IMG/VR virus record: IMGVR_UViG_3300036820_000646
Coordinates: 1-52,214 of that record
Strand: one strand, 5' to 3'
Source of the DNA: a virus
Taxonomy: Duplodnaviria; Caudoviricetes
Length of the DNA stretch: 52,214 nt
The notes beneath the pieces were generated by a model. That model did no database searches, was not told the DNA's origin, and saw only the letters and a program-made list of their open reading frames with translations. A program made the translations under genes and the position numbers. This document shows positions 10,101 to 19,713 of this stretch, piece by piece. Positions within the stretch are counted from its first letter, which is position 1; every line of letters starts with the position of its first letter.

Positions 10101-10871
10101 GCGCTTCGGGTCATCGAGTGTCTTGCCCGATGCCCCACACAGCCACGCGTCGTGGGCGTGTGAGTCCTCTGCACTGGTGAAGTGAGAGTCGTTCGTCGCG
10201 ACAACGCGCAGATCGTGACGCTTCGCAATATCCAAAAGGTCGGCGTTCAAACTGTCCTCGATCGCAATCCCGTGCGACATCACTTCAATAAAGAAGTTGT
10301 CCTTCCCGAATATCTCGAGGAGATCGCGCGCGGCCGCGTTGGCACCGTCCGTGTCCCCCAGCGCCAGTCGACTCTTGATCGCACCTCCGAGACACCCCGA
10401 CAGAGCAATCAGTCCCTCGGAGTTCTCGGCGAGTAGCGACAGATCCATGCGCGGCCTCGACCAAAAGGCGTCACCTTCGTGTGAGAGCGCGGACAGTCGC
10501 ATCAAGTTCTTGAGGCCGACCTCGTTCTCCGCCAACAACGTGAGGTGGGTGTACTTCGACTCCCCCGGTTCAGAGGTATCGGAAGCATTGCTGTCGTCGA
10601 TCGACTTGCGGCCAATCTCGCGACGGAGTCGTGCGTTGGACTCCCTGTCTTCAATGGCCATGTACGCCTCAATGCCGCCGATGAGAGACACCCCTCGTTT
10701 CGCTGCGGACTGGTGCGCCACGTAGAGACCGCTCAAATTGCCGTGGTCGGTAATGGCGAGCGCGCTCTGTCCGTCCGCGACCACCGCGTCAAAGAGGTCG
10801 TCAGGACGCGCGATCGAGTCGCGCACGCTGTGGGACGAGTGCGTGTGTAAGTGGACAAAGCCCTGAGCCAT
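7167..10871 (-). CDS. dnaE: DNA polymerase III alpha subunit
   Basis: PHP domain FVHLHTHS, AITDHG, ATNDSH; GPGRGSAAGS; MPDIDTDF; YSFNKSH; no intein. Confidence 0.97.
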   Translation of the reverse strand: MAQGFVHLHTHSSHSVRDSIARPDDLFDAVVADGQSALAITDHGNLSGLYVAHQSAAKRGVSLIGGIEAYMAIEDRESNARLRREIGRKSIDDSNASDTSEPGESKYTHLTLLAENEVGLKNLMRLSALSHEGDAFWSRPRMDLSLLAENSEGLIALSGCLGGAIKSRLALGDTDGANAAARDLLEIFGKDNFFIEVMSHGIAIEDSLNADLLDIAKRHDLRVVATNDSHFTSAEDSHAHDAWLCGASGKTLDDPKRWRFTGSGFHLRSAQEMRAIFDDQPGFEDACDNTLLIAERASGYSMFPKHGLRIPTFDPTNERSASELLHEKVKAGAIRRYSSPLPGVVKERLRYELDIISNAGLSDYFLIVADMIDWAKAQGIRVGPGRGSAAGSCVSFCMGIIAVDPLAHGLLFERFLNPTRNKMPDIDTDFEQGRRQEVVNYLIERWGKDSVGLIGTLGYSLSKNSLRVAGKVLGASQVGVALANQVPTLGDGKTASIKALSDPGWAPGAGFRELAAESGSEPVIEIAKRFEGVVNTESIHPCGVVIGDEELVGLIPLRSDRRTEKSGGTGGWVSEFDGEALEDLGFLKMDILGLANLDVVEAAVREIKRRHGIDLDVDTIPDTGTDEAKKAWTMVGAGRTEGIFQIEGQGTQDLARRLRPASVDELAVLIALYRPGPLGIGMHDMYANRRAGLEKISYDIFTKIPAEVEILASVMDETLAVMVYQEQLLRIAELVAGFNPPERDNLLRAIGKKDREKMNRSGELFIKGAQANVDMAGEPKLAFAARTAENLWEAMKSAGEYSFNKSHSVGYARLSFITAWLKANYPTEYAAGWLSISDNQEKRLAFLASLREEGVELRHPDVNRSDAYPTVGDDGVVLFGLSKIRDVGTVAAEIVAERTAHGPFKSLADFASRVRVTNGTRRVSITVLRALIESGAFDAFGTRKGMFDALETLRKNPGATVSKSEWGVLEYSVRERDRLGILVSADPLSVFKDQIKTWRSPQTRNVPVALHRLPDEGNVSTIGLVTSWEVLKRKTSFAKMRLSGTKSTIDCVVWNTTLDKIVRSGTVPKVGDIIGIDGIVKTKTPYQRDTDEGADTEEVSVKELVVNSIWSFPINDETAVVDDTAPDAPTLFDKPRHERLAVAAKSVASLDDAVDAIELEFIDPSEYDDDGFDYPAAEKPQFEARSLLTTPAPSVASTPQRTSLARPTRSLARTTIEVHEFSGFRRIPRNPPLV

Positions 10872-11023
10872 CAAACGCCTTATGTGCCGAGGCGACGATC
10901 AGTACTGGCCTAGCCCTCACTCCTTTGTTTATCGAGGTTTTTGAATCTGATGAGACGGCCTCTACCCGAATCAGCATCCGCACTATGGGCGGAGGATTGA
11001 GCGAGCGAAAGTAGATTCGTCCC

Positions 11024-12715
11024 ATGAGGAGGCTAAGGCTGGGAGTGTTGCTGGCTGGCCTCGTCGTCGCAGCAGTCGCGTTCATACCATCCGCCGCGGG
11101 GGCAGCGTCCGTCACTTTTGGAGTTCCCGGCCTCGAGCTTTGCGGCTCGCTCCCGCAATATCAGTGTGACCTCGGGCCAGTTCGCGAACATTTCCCGGAC
11201 TACGGCAACGTCTGCTCCGACGACGACTGTTACTTCGTCTCCGCTGCGGACTGGGAGAAGGTTGCCGCCGGCGTTACCCCAACTCTCACGACGCTGGACC
11301 TTGACTACAAGGCCGCAGGGCAAACCTTCGCGGGAGGTCTCTCCGCACCGGACCTCTGGGCTTACTGGAAGACGTCAGGCATCGACGGCTTCTACCTCTC
11401 CAGCGAGGCGACAGTAAGCAAGAACTCATCGGCCATCGAAAACGCAGTGAAGGCGCACCGCGCGCTCATCGTTCAGGACGTCGCCACCAATTCATCGTTT
11501 ATGGGGACAACCAAGGTAAGGGCCGGCACAGCGATAATGATCGTCGACGGCTACACGCCCAAGGGACCGCTTGTGGTCTACCAAGCCAAGACAATCCAAA
11601 TGACGTGGCCGCAGTGGAACGCTCAGGTTCGATCAGTGTGGGAGGTGGTCGTCTCGACGACTGCGCCGCAAGGCACTACAACAACGCCGCCAACGTCGAC
11701 GACAAACCCGACCGCCACGCTCGCGCTTAGCTCGAACAACCTCACTTCGGCGGGCGGCGCCGTGACCCTGACGTACTCATCACAAAGTGCAACGACATGC
11801 ACGCTTACCTCATCGCCGGCGATTTGGACGACGGCAACCGAGACAGTCGCTTGCAACGGGACCTACGAAGACACTGTCGCGCCAACAACCACCGCGCAGG
11901 AGTGGACCTTCACGTTTACGGCAAACAACGCAGCCGATCAGTCGGCGACGGTGACCCAAACGCTGGTTGAGTCCGCACCGGCTTCAACAACACCGCAGTT
12001 TGATAATCCTTCACCGAACTGGTCCGGTTACGTCGTTCCGTCCAGTAGCGCGTTGGTTACCGACGTCAGTGGTGATTGGACGGTGCCAATTTTGAACTGC
12101 TCGGATACGCCTACCGGAGACTCATCGGCATGGGTAGGGATAGGCGGCCAGCAATGGAACTCCACGTCATCGTCGGGGGTACTCCTTCAAACGGGCACCG
12201 AGTCCGATTGCGTCAACGGAGTGCAGGAGAACGACGGGTGGTGGGAAGAGTATCCGGCCAATCCGAATCACGAGGAGATATTCAACGAGTTTCCAGTGTC
12301 CCCCGGAAACGAGATCGAGGCGGCCGTCTACGAACGAAACGATGGCTCTTGGGAAACTGCCGTCAGTGACCTCACAACAGGGCTCTCGGGCTACATGATT
12401 ACCGGCGAAGCCTGGGGCGTATCCGAAACGGGAGCCCCCTCGTTCACAGATCAGGGAAGCACCACTGGGCTGAGTTATTCCGGCGGTTACACCGCAGAAT
12501 GGATCGTTGAGGACACCGGCGTTGCGTCCACGCCAGGTTCCTACTATCCATTCGCGAACTTCGGCTCCATTACTTTCAGCGATATGAGATCCAGCTTTTC
12601 TTCTTGGTACTTAACGCCCGATGAAGAATGGGGCATTGTGCAAAGTGGCGTGACGCTCGCGGCGCCAACGAGCACATCAACGGATGGATTCACCGACACA
12701 TATACGGGACCGTAA
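11024..12715 (+). CDS. Secreted protein with C-terminal G1 (eqolisin-type) glutamic peptidase domain
   Basis: Signal peptide; SPNWSGY, WTVP, SAWVGIGG, LLQTGT, WWEEYP, TAEWIVED (Q/E dyad). Confidence 0.85.
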   Translation: MRRLRLGVLLAGLVVAAVAFIPSAAGAASVTFGVPGLELCGSLPQYQCDLGPVREHFPDYGNVCSDDDCYFVSAADWEKVAAGVTPTLTTLDLDYKAAGQTFAGGLSAPDLWAYWKTSGIDGFYLSSEATVSKNSSAIENAVKAHRALIVQDVATNSSFMGTTKVRAGTAIMIVDGYTPKGPLVVYQAKTIQMTWPQWNAQVRSVWEVVVSTTAPQGTTTTPPTSTTNPTATLALSSNNLTSAGGAVTLTYSSQSATTCTLTSSPAIWTTATETVACNGTYEDTVAPTTTAQEWTFTFTANNAADQSATVTQTLVESAPASTTPQFDNPSPNWSGYVVPSSSALVTDVSGDWTVPILNCSDTPTGDSSAWVGIGGQQWNSTSSSGVLLQTGTESDCVNGVQENDGWWEEYPANPNHEEIFNEFPVSPGNEIEAAVYERNDGSWETAVSDLTTGLSGYMITGEAWGVSETGAPSFTDQGSTTGLSYSGGYTAEWIVEDTGVASTPGSYYPFANFGSITFSDMRSSFSSWYLTPDEEWGIVQSGVTLAAPTSTSTDGFTDTYTGP

Positions 12716-12726
12716 GGATCACTCGA

Positions 12727-15237
12727 CTACAGGGTCGAGGCTCGTTCGGCCTGGCGTCGGCGAATGTCTTCAGGGTTCGTCGAAGCCAAGCGCAAGAAGT
12801 GATCCGGCAGTCTGATCTCGACGGGCACCGCGCGCCCTGCCAAGTCGACATAGATGCCGACAGCACCGCGCAATACCTCTCCGCTCCTGGCGTCACGTAA
12901 CGCCCGCATCGAGTTCCAGTTCGGAGCTACGCCGTCCTCGGCGCCTGCCGTGCCGAGAGTGGCTTTGGCGGTGATCCGGCCCATCCGCTCCGACGTCGCC
13001 TCCAACTCAAATAACGCGCAGGCGGCGGCCGCCTCGTTTGGGTCCTGGATCGGCAAGATGAGACCGCGCGAGATGTATCCGGCGAGATCCGCATCGAGAG
13101 CGTCTGTAATGCGCTGGGTGAAGAGCATTGGGAGCACTTGCTGGCTTCGGGCGAGGCGACCGAGACGCTCAATCTCGCTGCGACCAGCCCCCAGCATTAC
13201 CCACGCCTCGTCGAGCATGAGGACTCCTGAGCGCATTGCGAGCGCCGAGGCGGACCCGAAGACCATCATGCGCACCAGTGCCAGCGCAATGCGCTGATTC
13301 AAGTTGACTTCCTCTTGCCCAGGAGCTGGTAGGTCGAGGTACGCGTCACCGACCTTTATATAGGTGATTCCCTGAGCCGCCCTCAGGCCCTGGCCACCGT
13401 TAGTACTTCCCACACACGCGCGGAACATCGGAGATGACGTCGCGAGGTCCATCACCGCCTCAACCATCGGCTTAGGAGCGATGCCGTCCTTAAGAGCGAT
13501 CTGTAGAGCCACGCCAATGCAGTCAGCGCCACGCTCGACGCCATACGCGATCGCCCGCTGCACCGGCATCTCGTAGTTCATCGCGCTGAGCCCCCACGGG
13601 TTAATGGTCATCAGCATTGACGCTGCCAACTCCGCTCCGGAGTTTTGAGACTTCGAGAAGCGCAATGGATCGAAGATCCCGTCAGCCGTAAGCAGATCGT
13701 CCAGACTCGATACGCGCCCTCCCGCCGCCTCAACGACTGCGGAGTGATCCGATCCCAGCTTCGGGTCGATGATGATGATCGGCGTCCGTTCGCCATAGAC
13801 CGACGTGATGCGCGACAACTGGTCGGCCAGGTACAACATGGTCGCCGTCTTTCCCGATCCGGACTGACCAGCGCACACGAAGAAGGGCAGGGAGTCTTCG
13901 TCGGCCGCAGCCGTCGGCGAGACATACGCGGGTTGTCGGTCATTCTCGGTGAAGCCCAGCATCGCTCCGTCACGGTCCCCCACCGCCGAGAGACCGGAGA
14001 GCCCAGAGGCTCCGATCGCGACCGTGGGCAGGTCGTTTAGATACGGATTGGCGCGTATCGGCGACGCGAGCCAAGTTTCGGCCAATGCCTGATTCTGACG
14101 AGAGACCATCGTCGAGAGCGACAATGCCGATCCCGGCGCGAACTCACTCAGGTCGTAGCCATTCAGTCCGACTTGACCCGAGACAGCGATCAGGGTTGAG
14201 CAATCCATCAGCGTTGCGGGCCCGCCAGTCGCGTAGAAGCGCTCCAGATCGTCGATTTCTGCCAGGAGTTCCTCCTGCTCGGCGCGAGCCATCTTGTTCT
14301 GCTGGTATCGCTCGTTGATGTCGTCGGTGAACTTCTTCTTGCCCCGACGTAGTTCGCTGCGCGTCACCGTCGACGGCTCGAGGCGCGCCCTCATCGAGAT
14401 GCACACTGCACCTGAGTTCACGAGGTTGGCCGCCCATTGAGCGGTCACCGACGTGGCGTCGGGGTACCCAAAGTCGAACGAGCGAACGGTTGCGAAAGTG
14501 ATCGTGTGATGGTTCGCCAGATTCCACGATGCGCACGCGTCGTCGCCGTCGCGCCCCACGAGGCGCGCAGCCGACTGCATTGACGACGTCGAGGAGAAGA
14601 TGTGAACGTGGTCGTCGTGCACCAACATCGGCGTGTCGGGCCCGCGCCCTTGGTTCCACCACGCGTTGGCCAAGGCGAAGTCCTGGTCGGTCATGGACAA
14701 GAGACCGGACCTCGCCATCACCGCACTCATCGCTGCGAAGTCCTGGTCGAAGTCCTCCAAAGGGACTGTGCCCGTCGTTAGGGTCTCCACGACCGAGTCG
14801 AAGGCGCTCCGTATCCCGCCCTCGCCAACTTGGTCCTTCAGTCGGACACCAACGAGCAATACGCGCCGCAGCACTTGGGTGTTCGAGAAACCGCTGGCCA
14901 AGTAGCTCGCGAGCTGAGAATCGGGCGGAGGCAAAAAACTCGCCGGCACGTTCACGAGGAGCAGATGGACCTCACGGTATGAGCCCTTTGACATCTTGCG
15001 ACGGTTGACGCGAACGTGAGTCGTCGCAGCGATCTCTTCCAGAACGAGACGCAGGGGCTCGCCGGCCGCCAGCGCCTGCTCGGGTGAACGAGCGTCCGTC
15101 ACCGGTGAGAGTGGCACTTTGGCAAAGAGCCACACCGAGTTGTCAGTACCGAGTACTCGCCCACCGGATTTCCGACCGAGCACGGCTGTTGGCCACCACG
15201 GATCGGTGTCGTCGCGTTTCTTGTCGAATAGTCCCAT
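12727..15237 (-). CDS. VirB4-like conjugation ATPase
   Basis: 836 aa; Walker A AGQSGSGKT, IIIIDPK, Walker B LMLDEAW, GRLARSQ; context of membrane tra-like genes. Confidence 0.8.
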   Translation of the reverse strand: MGLFDKKRDDTDPWWPTAVLGRKSGGRVLGTDNSVWLFAKVPLSPVTDARSPEQALAAGEPLRLVLEEIAATTHVRVNRRKMSKGSYREVHLLLVNVPASFLPPPDSQLASYLASGFSNTQVLRRVLLVGVRLKDQVGEGGIRSAFDSVVETLTTGTVPLEDFDQDFAAMSAVMARSGLLSMTDQDFALANAWWNQGRGPDTPMLVHDDHVHIFSSTSSMQSAARLVGRDGDDACASWNLANHHTITFATVRSFDFGYPDATSVTAQWAANLVNSGAVCISMRARLEPSTVTRSELRRGKKKFTDDINERYQQNKMARAEQEELLAEIDDLERFYATGGPATLMDCSTLIAVSGQVGLNGYDLSEFAPGSALSLSTMVSRQNQALAETWLASPIRANPYLNDLPTVAIGASGLSGLSAVGDRDGAMLGFTENDRQPAYVSPTAAADEDSLPFFVCAGQSGSGKTATMLYLADQLSRITSVYGERTPIIIIDPKLGSDHSAVVEAAGGRVSSLDDLLTADGIFDPLRFSKSQNSGAELAASMLMTINPWGLSAMNYEMPVQRAIAYGVERGADCIGVALQIALKDGIAPKPMVEAVMDLATSSPMFRACVGSTNGGQGLRAAQGITYIKVGDAYLDLPAPGQEEVNLNQRIALALVRMMVFGSASALAMRSGVLMLDEAWVMLGAGRSEIERLGRLARSQQVLPMLFTQRITDALDADLAGYISRGLILPIQDPNEAAAACALFELEATSERMGRITAKATLGTAGAEDGVAPNWNSMRALRDARSGEVLRGAVGIYVDLAGRAVPVEIRLPDHFLRLASTNPEDIRRRQAERASTL

Positions 15238-15273
15238 CGTTCCTCTATGTCTCTGAGCGGGCTTCAGTGGCGA

Positions 15274-16314
15274 TTAGTGGTGCGCGTTCTGGTAGGGAAC
15301 GAGGCTTGGCCCGGTGCCAGGAGGCCCCCAGGCGACCACTACAGGGGCAACAGTGTTGGCACGCTCGACCAGCAGGTCCATCGTCGTCGAGGGTCCATCG
15401 TTAAATCCCTGCGTCGCGGGATCGACCTTTTCGTGGTTCCACACGATGTCGAGATTCACTTCCACAATCTCCGCACTCGGGCTCACCGACTTCTTCTGGA
15501 CCGGCGCGTTAGGTGCGACACGCGTGGCCGCCGCCACAACGGTGTCCTTGGCCGAGGAGACGCCCGTCAGCGGAAGGTAGGAGCCATCACTGTGGACGTC
15601 CCCCACCGCCAAGCGCAGGCGCGACGAACTTCCCGACACATACGCCGACAGCCAACCATTGATCGCGCCCTGTACCGGTCCTGAGACGGTGTCACTAGAT
15701 GAGAGGCCCGACCACGGGCCCCCGCCATCCCATCCGCTCACTGTCCCCGTTGGTGGGACCACGATGAGGCTCGGTCCTCCAAGCGCAACGGCACCGCCAC
15801 CGGCCTTTAGTGCGACCTCAACCGTGGCGTCGTAGATCGTCTGAGAATTAGCGCTCGGAACGGTCAACGTGAATGAATCCAGTTCGGCGGTCCATGTTGG
15901 ATCTCCGTTCGCCGATCCAGTCGATGGAGCTACATCATTCGCACCGTCCCACGAGAGAACCGTCGCATGAGGCAATGGCGAAGGTGTTTCCGCCAGCCAC
16001 TGCTGTATCTCGAGTGTTGCAACCGTGCGACCGGGACTGCTCGAGGCCGATCCTGAGTCGTTGGTTATGGGAGGCGCGGAGTGAAAGCTCACCAAGATGA
16101 CGAAGAAAGCCAACACCAGCACGAACGGCAACGCGACCGCGGAGAATCGAACGTAACGGCGAATGCGATGCTGCCTCTTAGCGATGAGGTCGGCAGCAGG
16201 AGTACCGACGCGCGGTACTAACTCGTCGCGGTAGTCCCAGACCAACGAGGACGCGGAAGTGTTCGTTGCTGGACGACGATTCGTCGTTGGCTTGCGCTTC
16301 GTTTTACCATTCAT
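15274..16314 (-). CDS. Bitopic membrane protein, possible VirB8/TcpC-like conjugation protein
   Basis: Single TM (VALPFVLVLAFFVILV), large extracytoplasmic region, adjacent to VirB4-like gene. Confidence 0.55.
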   Translation of the reverse strand: MNGKTKRKPTTNRRPATNTSASSLVWDYRDELVPRVGTPAADLIAKRQHRIRRYVRFSAVALPFVLVLAFFVILVSFHSAPPITNDSGSASSSPGRTVATLEIQQWLAETPSPLPHATVLSWDGANDVAPSTGSANGDPTWTAELDSFTLTVPSANSQTIYDATVEVALKAGGGAVALGGPSLIVVPPTGTVSGWDGGGPWSGLSSSDTVSGPVQGAINGWLSAYVSGSSSRLRLAVGDVHSDGSYLPLTGVSSAKDTVVAAATRVAPNAPVQKKSVSPSAEIVEVNLDIVWNHEKVDPATQGFNDGPSTTMDLLVERANTVAPVVVAWGPPGTGPSLVPYQNAHH

Positions 16315-16720
16315 CGTCGTCTCCGTGATCGATCACGAGGGGCTCAAAAGAGTCGTCGTCACTGGCGACAACGGGAAGTGTGCGATGTGCCGGACGCGTT
16401 TGTGCGTGAGCGACCGCTGGATTCGAGGCGGGCACATCACGTCGCTCACGATGACGACGAGCTGCAAAGTGAACCGAACTCTCACCGTCTTCCATCAGAG
16501 TTTCGATTACCTCGTTATCAGCGGACTCTTCGTTCGCGAGCGCGAGGCGGACCCACGCTTCGGGGGCATTGATGAGTTCCTGCACACACGACGCGCAACG
16601 CACGTCGCCTTCGCGCGCGACTCGTTCGCGACACGGTTGCCAGCAACGATGGCACTCGCCAGGGCTGTGAAGTCGATCATGCGGGTGCTTGCCACGTCGC
16701 CACGATTGGCAGCGCTTCAT
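16304..16720 (-). CDS. Hypothetical protein with CxxC pairs and short helical repeat
   Basis: CHRC, CASC, WVRLALANE..; overlaps/abuts neighbours in operon. Confidence 0.6.
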   Translation of the reverse strand: MKRCQSWRRGKHPHDRLHSPGECHRCWQPCRERVAREGDVRCASCVQELINAPEAWVRLALANEESADNEVIETLMEDGESSVHFAARRHRERRDVPASNPAVAHAQTRPAHRTLPVVASDDDSFEPLVIDHGDDDEW

Positions 16721-17242
16721 TTACTTGCTCAATTCTCGAAGCAACGAGCGAAGGAGTCCAGTCTTGGTCGCATCGTCGATCGCTTGAGCGGCCTTCGCGT
16801 AGGCGAGACCGGCTTGCGCTGGGGACGCGGGTGGCGAGGACGGCAGTTCCCCGCCGAGTTCGATGAGAACGCGCCATGCGACACGGAACGTTGTCTTGTC
16901 GTTGGTAGCAAGGACCGTCGCGAGGATTCCCGCTTCCATCGGATCGGCGTCGGCGACTTCGAGCAGCGACGAGAGAACTCCGCGGACCTCAGACTCGCCC
17001 TTCAATGTGTCGACAACGAGATTGGCGATGTCCTCAGGTGATGACGACGCTGCGACCGCGAGCAGTTCGCGCTTCGCTACAGTCATTGACGCCACGCTCA
17101 ACGTCAGGCTCACCTGGTGTCGCAGTGCCACATCGCCGGGACGCTTAACGCGAGGCTGAGACTTCGGTTTCCCAGTTGGGGTAGCCGCCTCGGCATTCTC
17201 GGCGTTGGCGGGAGCAGGAGATTCGGGTGAGGTGATCGTCAT
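16721..17242 (-). CDS. Hypothetical protein
   Basis: Operon-position ORF; start 17242 chosen from upstream TGGCCGCATGGT motif. Confidence 0.65.
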   Translation of the reverse strand: MTITSPESPAPANAENAEAATPTGKPKSQPRVKRPGDVALRHQVSLTLSVASMTVAKRELLAVAASSSPEDIANLVVDTLKGESEVRGVLSSLLEVADADPMEAGILATVLATNDKTTFRVAWRVLIELGGELPSSPPASPAQAGLAYAKAAQAIDDATKTGLLRSLLRELSK

Positions 17243-17283
17243 GCCCTTCACCATGCGGCCACTTTTCCGCTGAGTCGGCTCGC

Positions 17284-18405
17284 TCAGGCCGCTGGTGCCT
17301 TCCACTTGCCCGTCTTGGTAAAGAGGTTGCGGTACGCGGCGATCGCGCTGACAGGAGCCTCAGCGCCCTCTGGCGGATTCTGCAACAACGCACGCGCACC
17401 GGGGTAGCCCAAGTCAGCGCGGTTGGCCTCAGCGCACGACACGATGACCTCAAACACCGACTCCCACGTTTTCTTGTCGGCCCTCATCTTGGCGATTGCG
17501 ACCACGGCTGACATGAGCGCAAAGATGCGGTCAGGACGCTCGGTCCAGTCAACGATGCTCGGGTCTTTGATGACATCTTCGGGGTCGTAGAGGTCAGACG
17601 ACGCGAGCCAGGCCGCGTACTCAAGGGCCGCACCTTCGCCAACGAGTCCCTTCATTACGAGAAGCATCGCCTCGTCATCGTCAGGCTGTAACTGCGAGAG
17701 AACGTTCGCGGCGTTGGTCCACGAGCGCGGGCTTGGCCAACCACGACCAGCCTGCGTCGGGTCAGTCGGCACGAGCAAGCGAAACTGCGGCGCTTGCTTC
17801 AAGAATCCGAGAACTGAGGACTTCGCGCGAATCGCAAACGACGCATCGCCGTTGTTCAACATTGACTCAATGGAGGGAACCTCCATGTACTCAAAGTCGG
17901 TCACGAAACCATCCACCCATGCGTCACCGTCGAATACCCAGTCCAAGTGCAACATGCGGTTGGCAACCGGCGCGGCCAAGTCCCATCCATCGACCGCGAT
18001 TTCGGGAGGGTTCGCGTCCGCGATGATGGCCACGGTGTCAGGCAAGAGCGTTTCGCCGACGACGCGCTCTTGAAGCACGCGCAACATGACGCGCTGAACG
18101 CTCGGCGCTGACGTGGTGAGTTCACCAAGAAACAGGAGCGCCTTGTCGGCTTCGCGCAGGCGACGTGCCCACGACAGTTCGGCGTAGGTTGTCTCACCGT
18201 TCACTTCGACGGGCAGGCCCATGAAGTCGCTCGGCTCACGGTTGGAACCAACGACGCTCTCGACGTGGTAACCCCACGCTTTGCCCCAGGCGTTAATCGT
18301 GGCGGTCTTGCCGACGCCAGGAGCGCCCCACATAAGGAGAGGCACATTGGCCCGAAGCGCCGCAGCGGTGGCTCGGTTGAACGGAGTGGATGTGAAGTTG
18401 CTCAT
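17284..18405 (-). CDS. MoxR/dynein-related AAA+ ATPase
   Basis: WGAPGVGKT, REPSDFMGLP, LFLGELTT, ANPPEIA, ANRMLHL, WPSPRSW. Confidence 0.88.
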   Translation of the reverse strand: MSNFTSTPFNRATAAALRANVPLLMWGAPGVGKTATINAWGKAWGYHVESVVGSNREPSDFMGLPVEVNGETTYAELSWARRLREADKALLFLGELTTSAPSVQRVMLRVLQERVVGETLLPDTVAIIADANPPEIAVDGWDLAAPVANRMLHLDWVFDGDAWVDGFVTDFEYMEVPSIESMLNNGDASFAIRAKSSVLGFLKQAPQFRLLVPTDPTQAGRGWPSPRSWTNAANVLSQLQPDDDEAMLLVMKGLVGEGAALEYAAWLASSDLYDPEDVIKDPSIVDWTERPDRIFALMSAVVAIAKMRADKKTWESVFEVIVSCAEANRADLGYPGARALLQNPPEGAEAPVSAIAAYRNLFTKTGKWKAPAA

Positions 18406-18465
18406 GGACAGGTCGTGCACCGAGCCAACGAATTCTGTCCCGCCTAACTAATGAAGGCGCATCTC

Positions 18466-19713
18466 TTAGAGGCTCTCTGGGGATGCGAAAATTGATTCCA
18501 CATCGGGGAGCCCGAGCTGCTGATGTGCCCACGAGAGCCAGGTCGATTCGTTTTTGTACCAGTTCGCCCAGTAGCCCGACTGTTGATCGAACGACACGTT
18601 CGGCCCACGCGCCATTAGCGACTCTCGATACTGATGCTGATATTGAAGATTCACGAAACTCCGGGCTTCTCCCTCGATCGTCTCGATTTCAATTGGTGCG
18701 GAGTTGGTTGAGAACAGGGGCGGCGCTGAAAGTACAGCCCCCGCAACGTGAGGGAAGCCCCTCAGTTCATCCACGATCCTTCGGGCGATGATCTCGTGAA
18801 CTTTCTCCGGCTCAACGCCAAACGTGGCGAGACCCCAAAACCGGCTCGACTCATTAAATCGCAGCCAGAGGGGTTCGACACCGCGACCCTGCTCGGCCTT
18901 CTCTTGAATCTGAGCGGAGATTCGGCTCAGTTCGTCCGCGTGTTGAATCTCGTATGAGTGCAGCAGGCCGTTTTCGGGTTTGGAAGTCATAATGAGTTCG
19001 CCGTGCGGGCCAAGGTCTACGAGAACATCAGAACGACTTGCAACCGCTACGGCGGCGGCGAGACGGAGTCGGGCGCTCAGGTCGGACAAATTCACTTTGG
19101 TTACATCACCGACGAGACGACCCTTCGTCCACGTCCCGAACTCATACGCAATCTGGAACAGCATGTCTTCGAGCTGACGTCCGGCGCTCAAAAAACGACT
19201 AGTTGTGGCGTCGAGGCGGAAACCCTTCACCTCCACAAACATCTTTTCATCGCCTCGTTTCAACGAGACGTCCGTTGACCTTTGACCATGAGTATCCGGC
19301 TCCAGACTGACTACCCAGCCATCTCTTAACGCGAGACCGGCAACTTCAAGTTGGACCATCGCGTGATCAAAATGACCCAGATCGTTCCTCAGATCGCGCT
19401 GAAATTTTGACCATCCCTTGACCTTTTGAAGCAAAGCGATCTGGGCACTGAAGGTAAGGATTCGACAGGCGACATCGGCCGTCTTATTGAAAACCCACTC
19501 CATCGAAAGAAGTTCGTGTGGAGGAGACTGCTGGCACCGCTGAAGGTAGTCCGGCCCGAGCAGGCTGGCGATGCGCGCAATGGACGCATCGACCTGAGAT
19601 TTGCCAAGTGGAGTTACGCAGGTAGCGGACTTCCAACCCTCAGTCCAATAGTCCCAGTTAATCACCCGGGATTCCAAAGTCATTGCCCGATTATCGCAGG
19701 CGAGAGGAGACAC
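18466..19713 (-). CDS. Hypothetical protein with possible PD-(D/E)XK nuclease motif
   Basis: VSLEPD...STDVSLKRGDEKMFVEVK. Confidence 0.55.
   Translation of the reverse strand: MSPLACDNRAMTLESRVINWDYWTEGWKSATCVTPLGKSQVDASIARIASLLGPDYLQRCQQSPPHELLSMEWVFNKTADVACRILTFSAQIALLQKVKGWSKFQRDLRNDLGHFDHAMVQLEVAGLALRDGWVVSLEPDTHGQRSTDVSLKRGDEKMFVEVKGFRLDATTSRFLSAGRQLEDMLFQIAYEFGTWTKGRLVGDVTKVNLSDLSARLRLAAAVAVASRSDVLVDLGPHGELIMTSKPENGLLHSYEIQHADELSRISAQIQEKAEQGRGVEPLWLRFNESSRFWGLATFGVEPEKVHEIIARRIVDELRGFPHVAGAVLSAPPLFSTNSAPIEIETIEGEARSFVNLQYQHQYRESLMARGPNVSFDQQSGYWANWYKNESTWLSWAHQQLGLPDVESIFASPESL

Noticed and set aside
7167-10871. Intein or split in dnaE
   Set aside because: Length and motifs are continuous, with no intein blocks.
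16259-17041. Long plus-strand ORFs (also 2025-2636, 8562-9260, 36028-36849, 41156-41947)
   Set aside because: Antisense shadows of well-supported minus-strand genes in GC-rich DNA.
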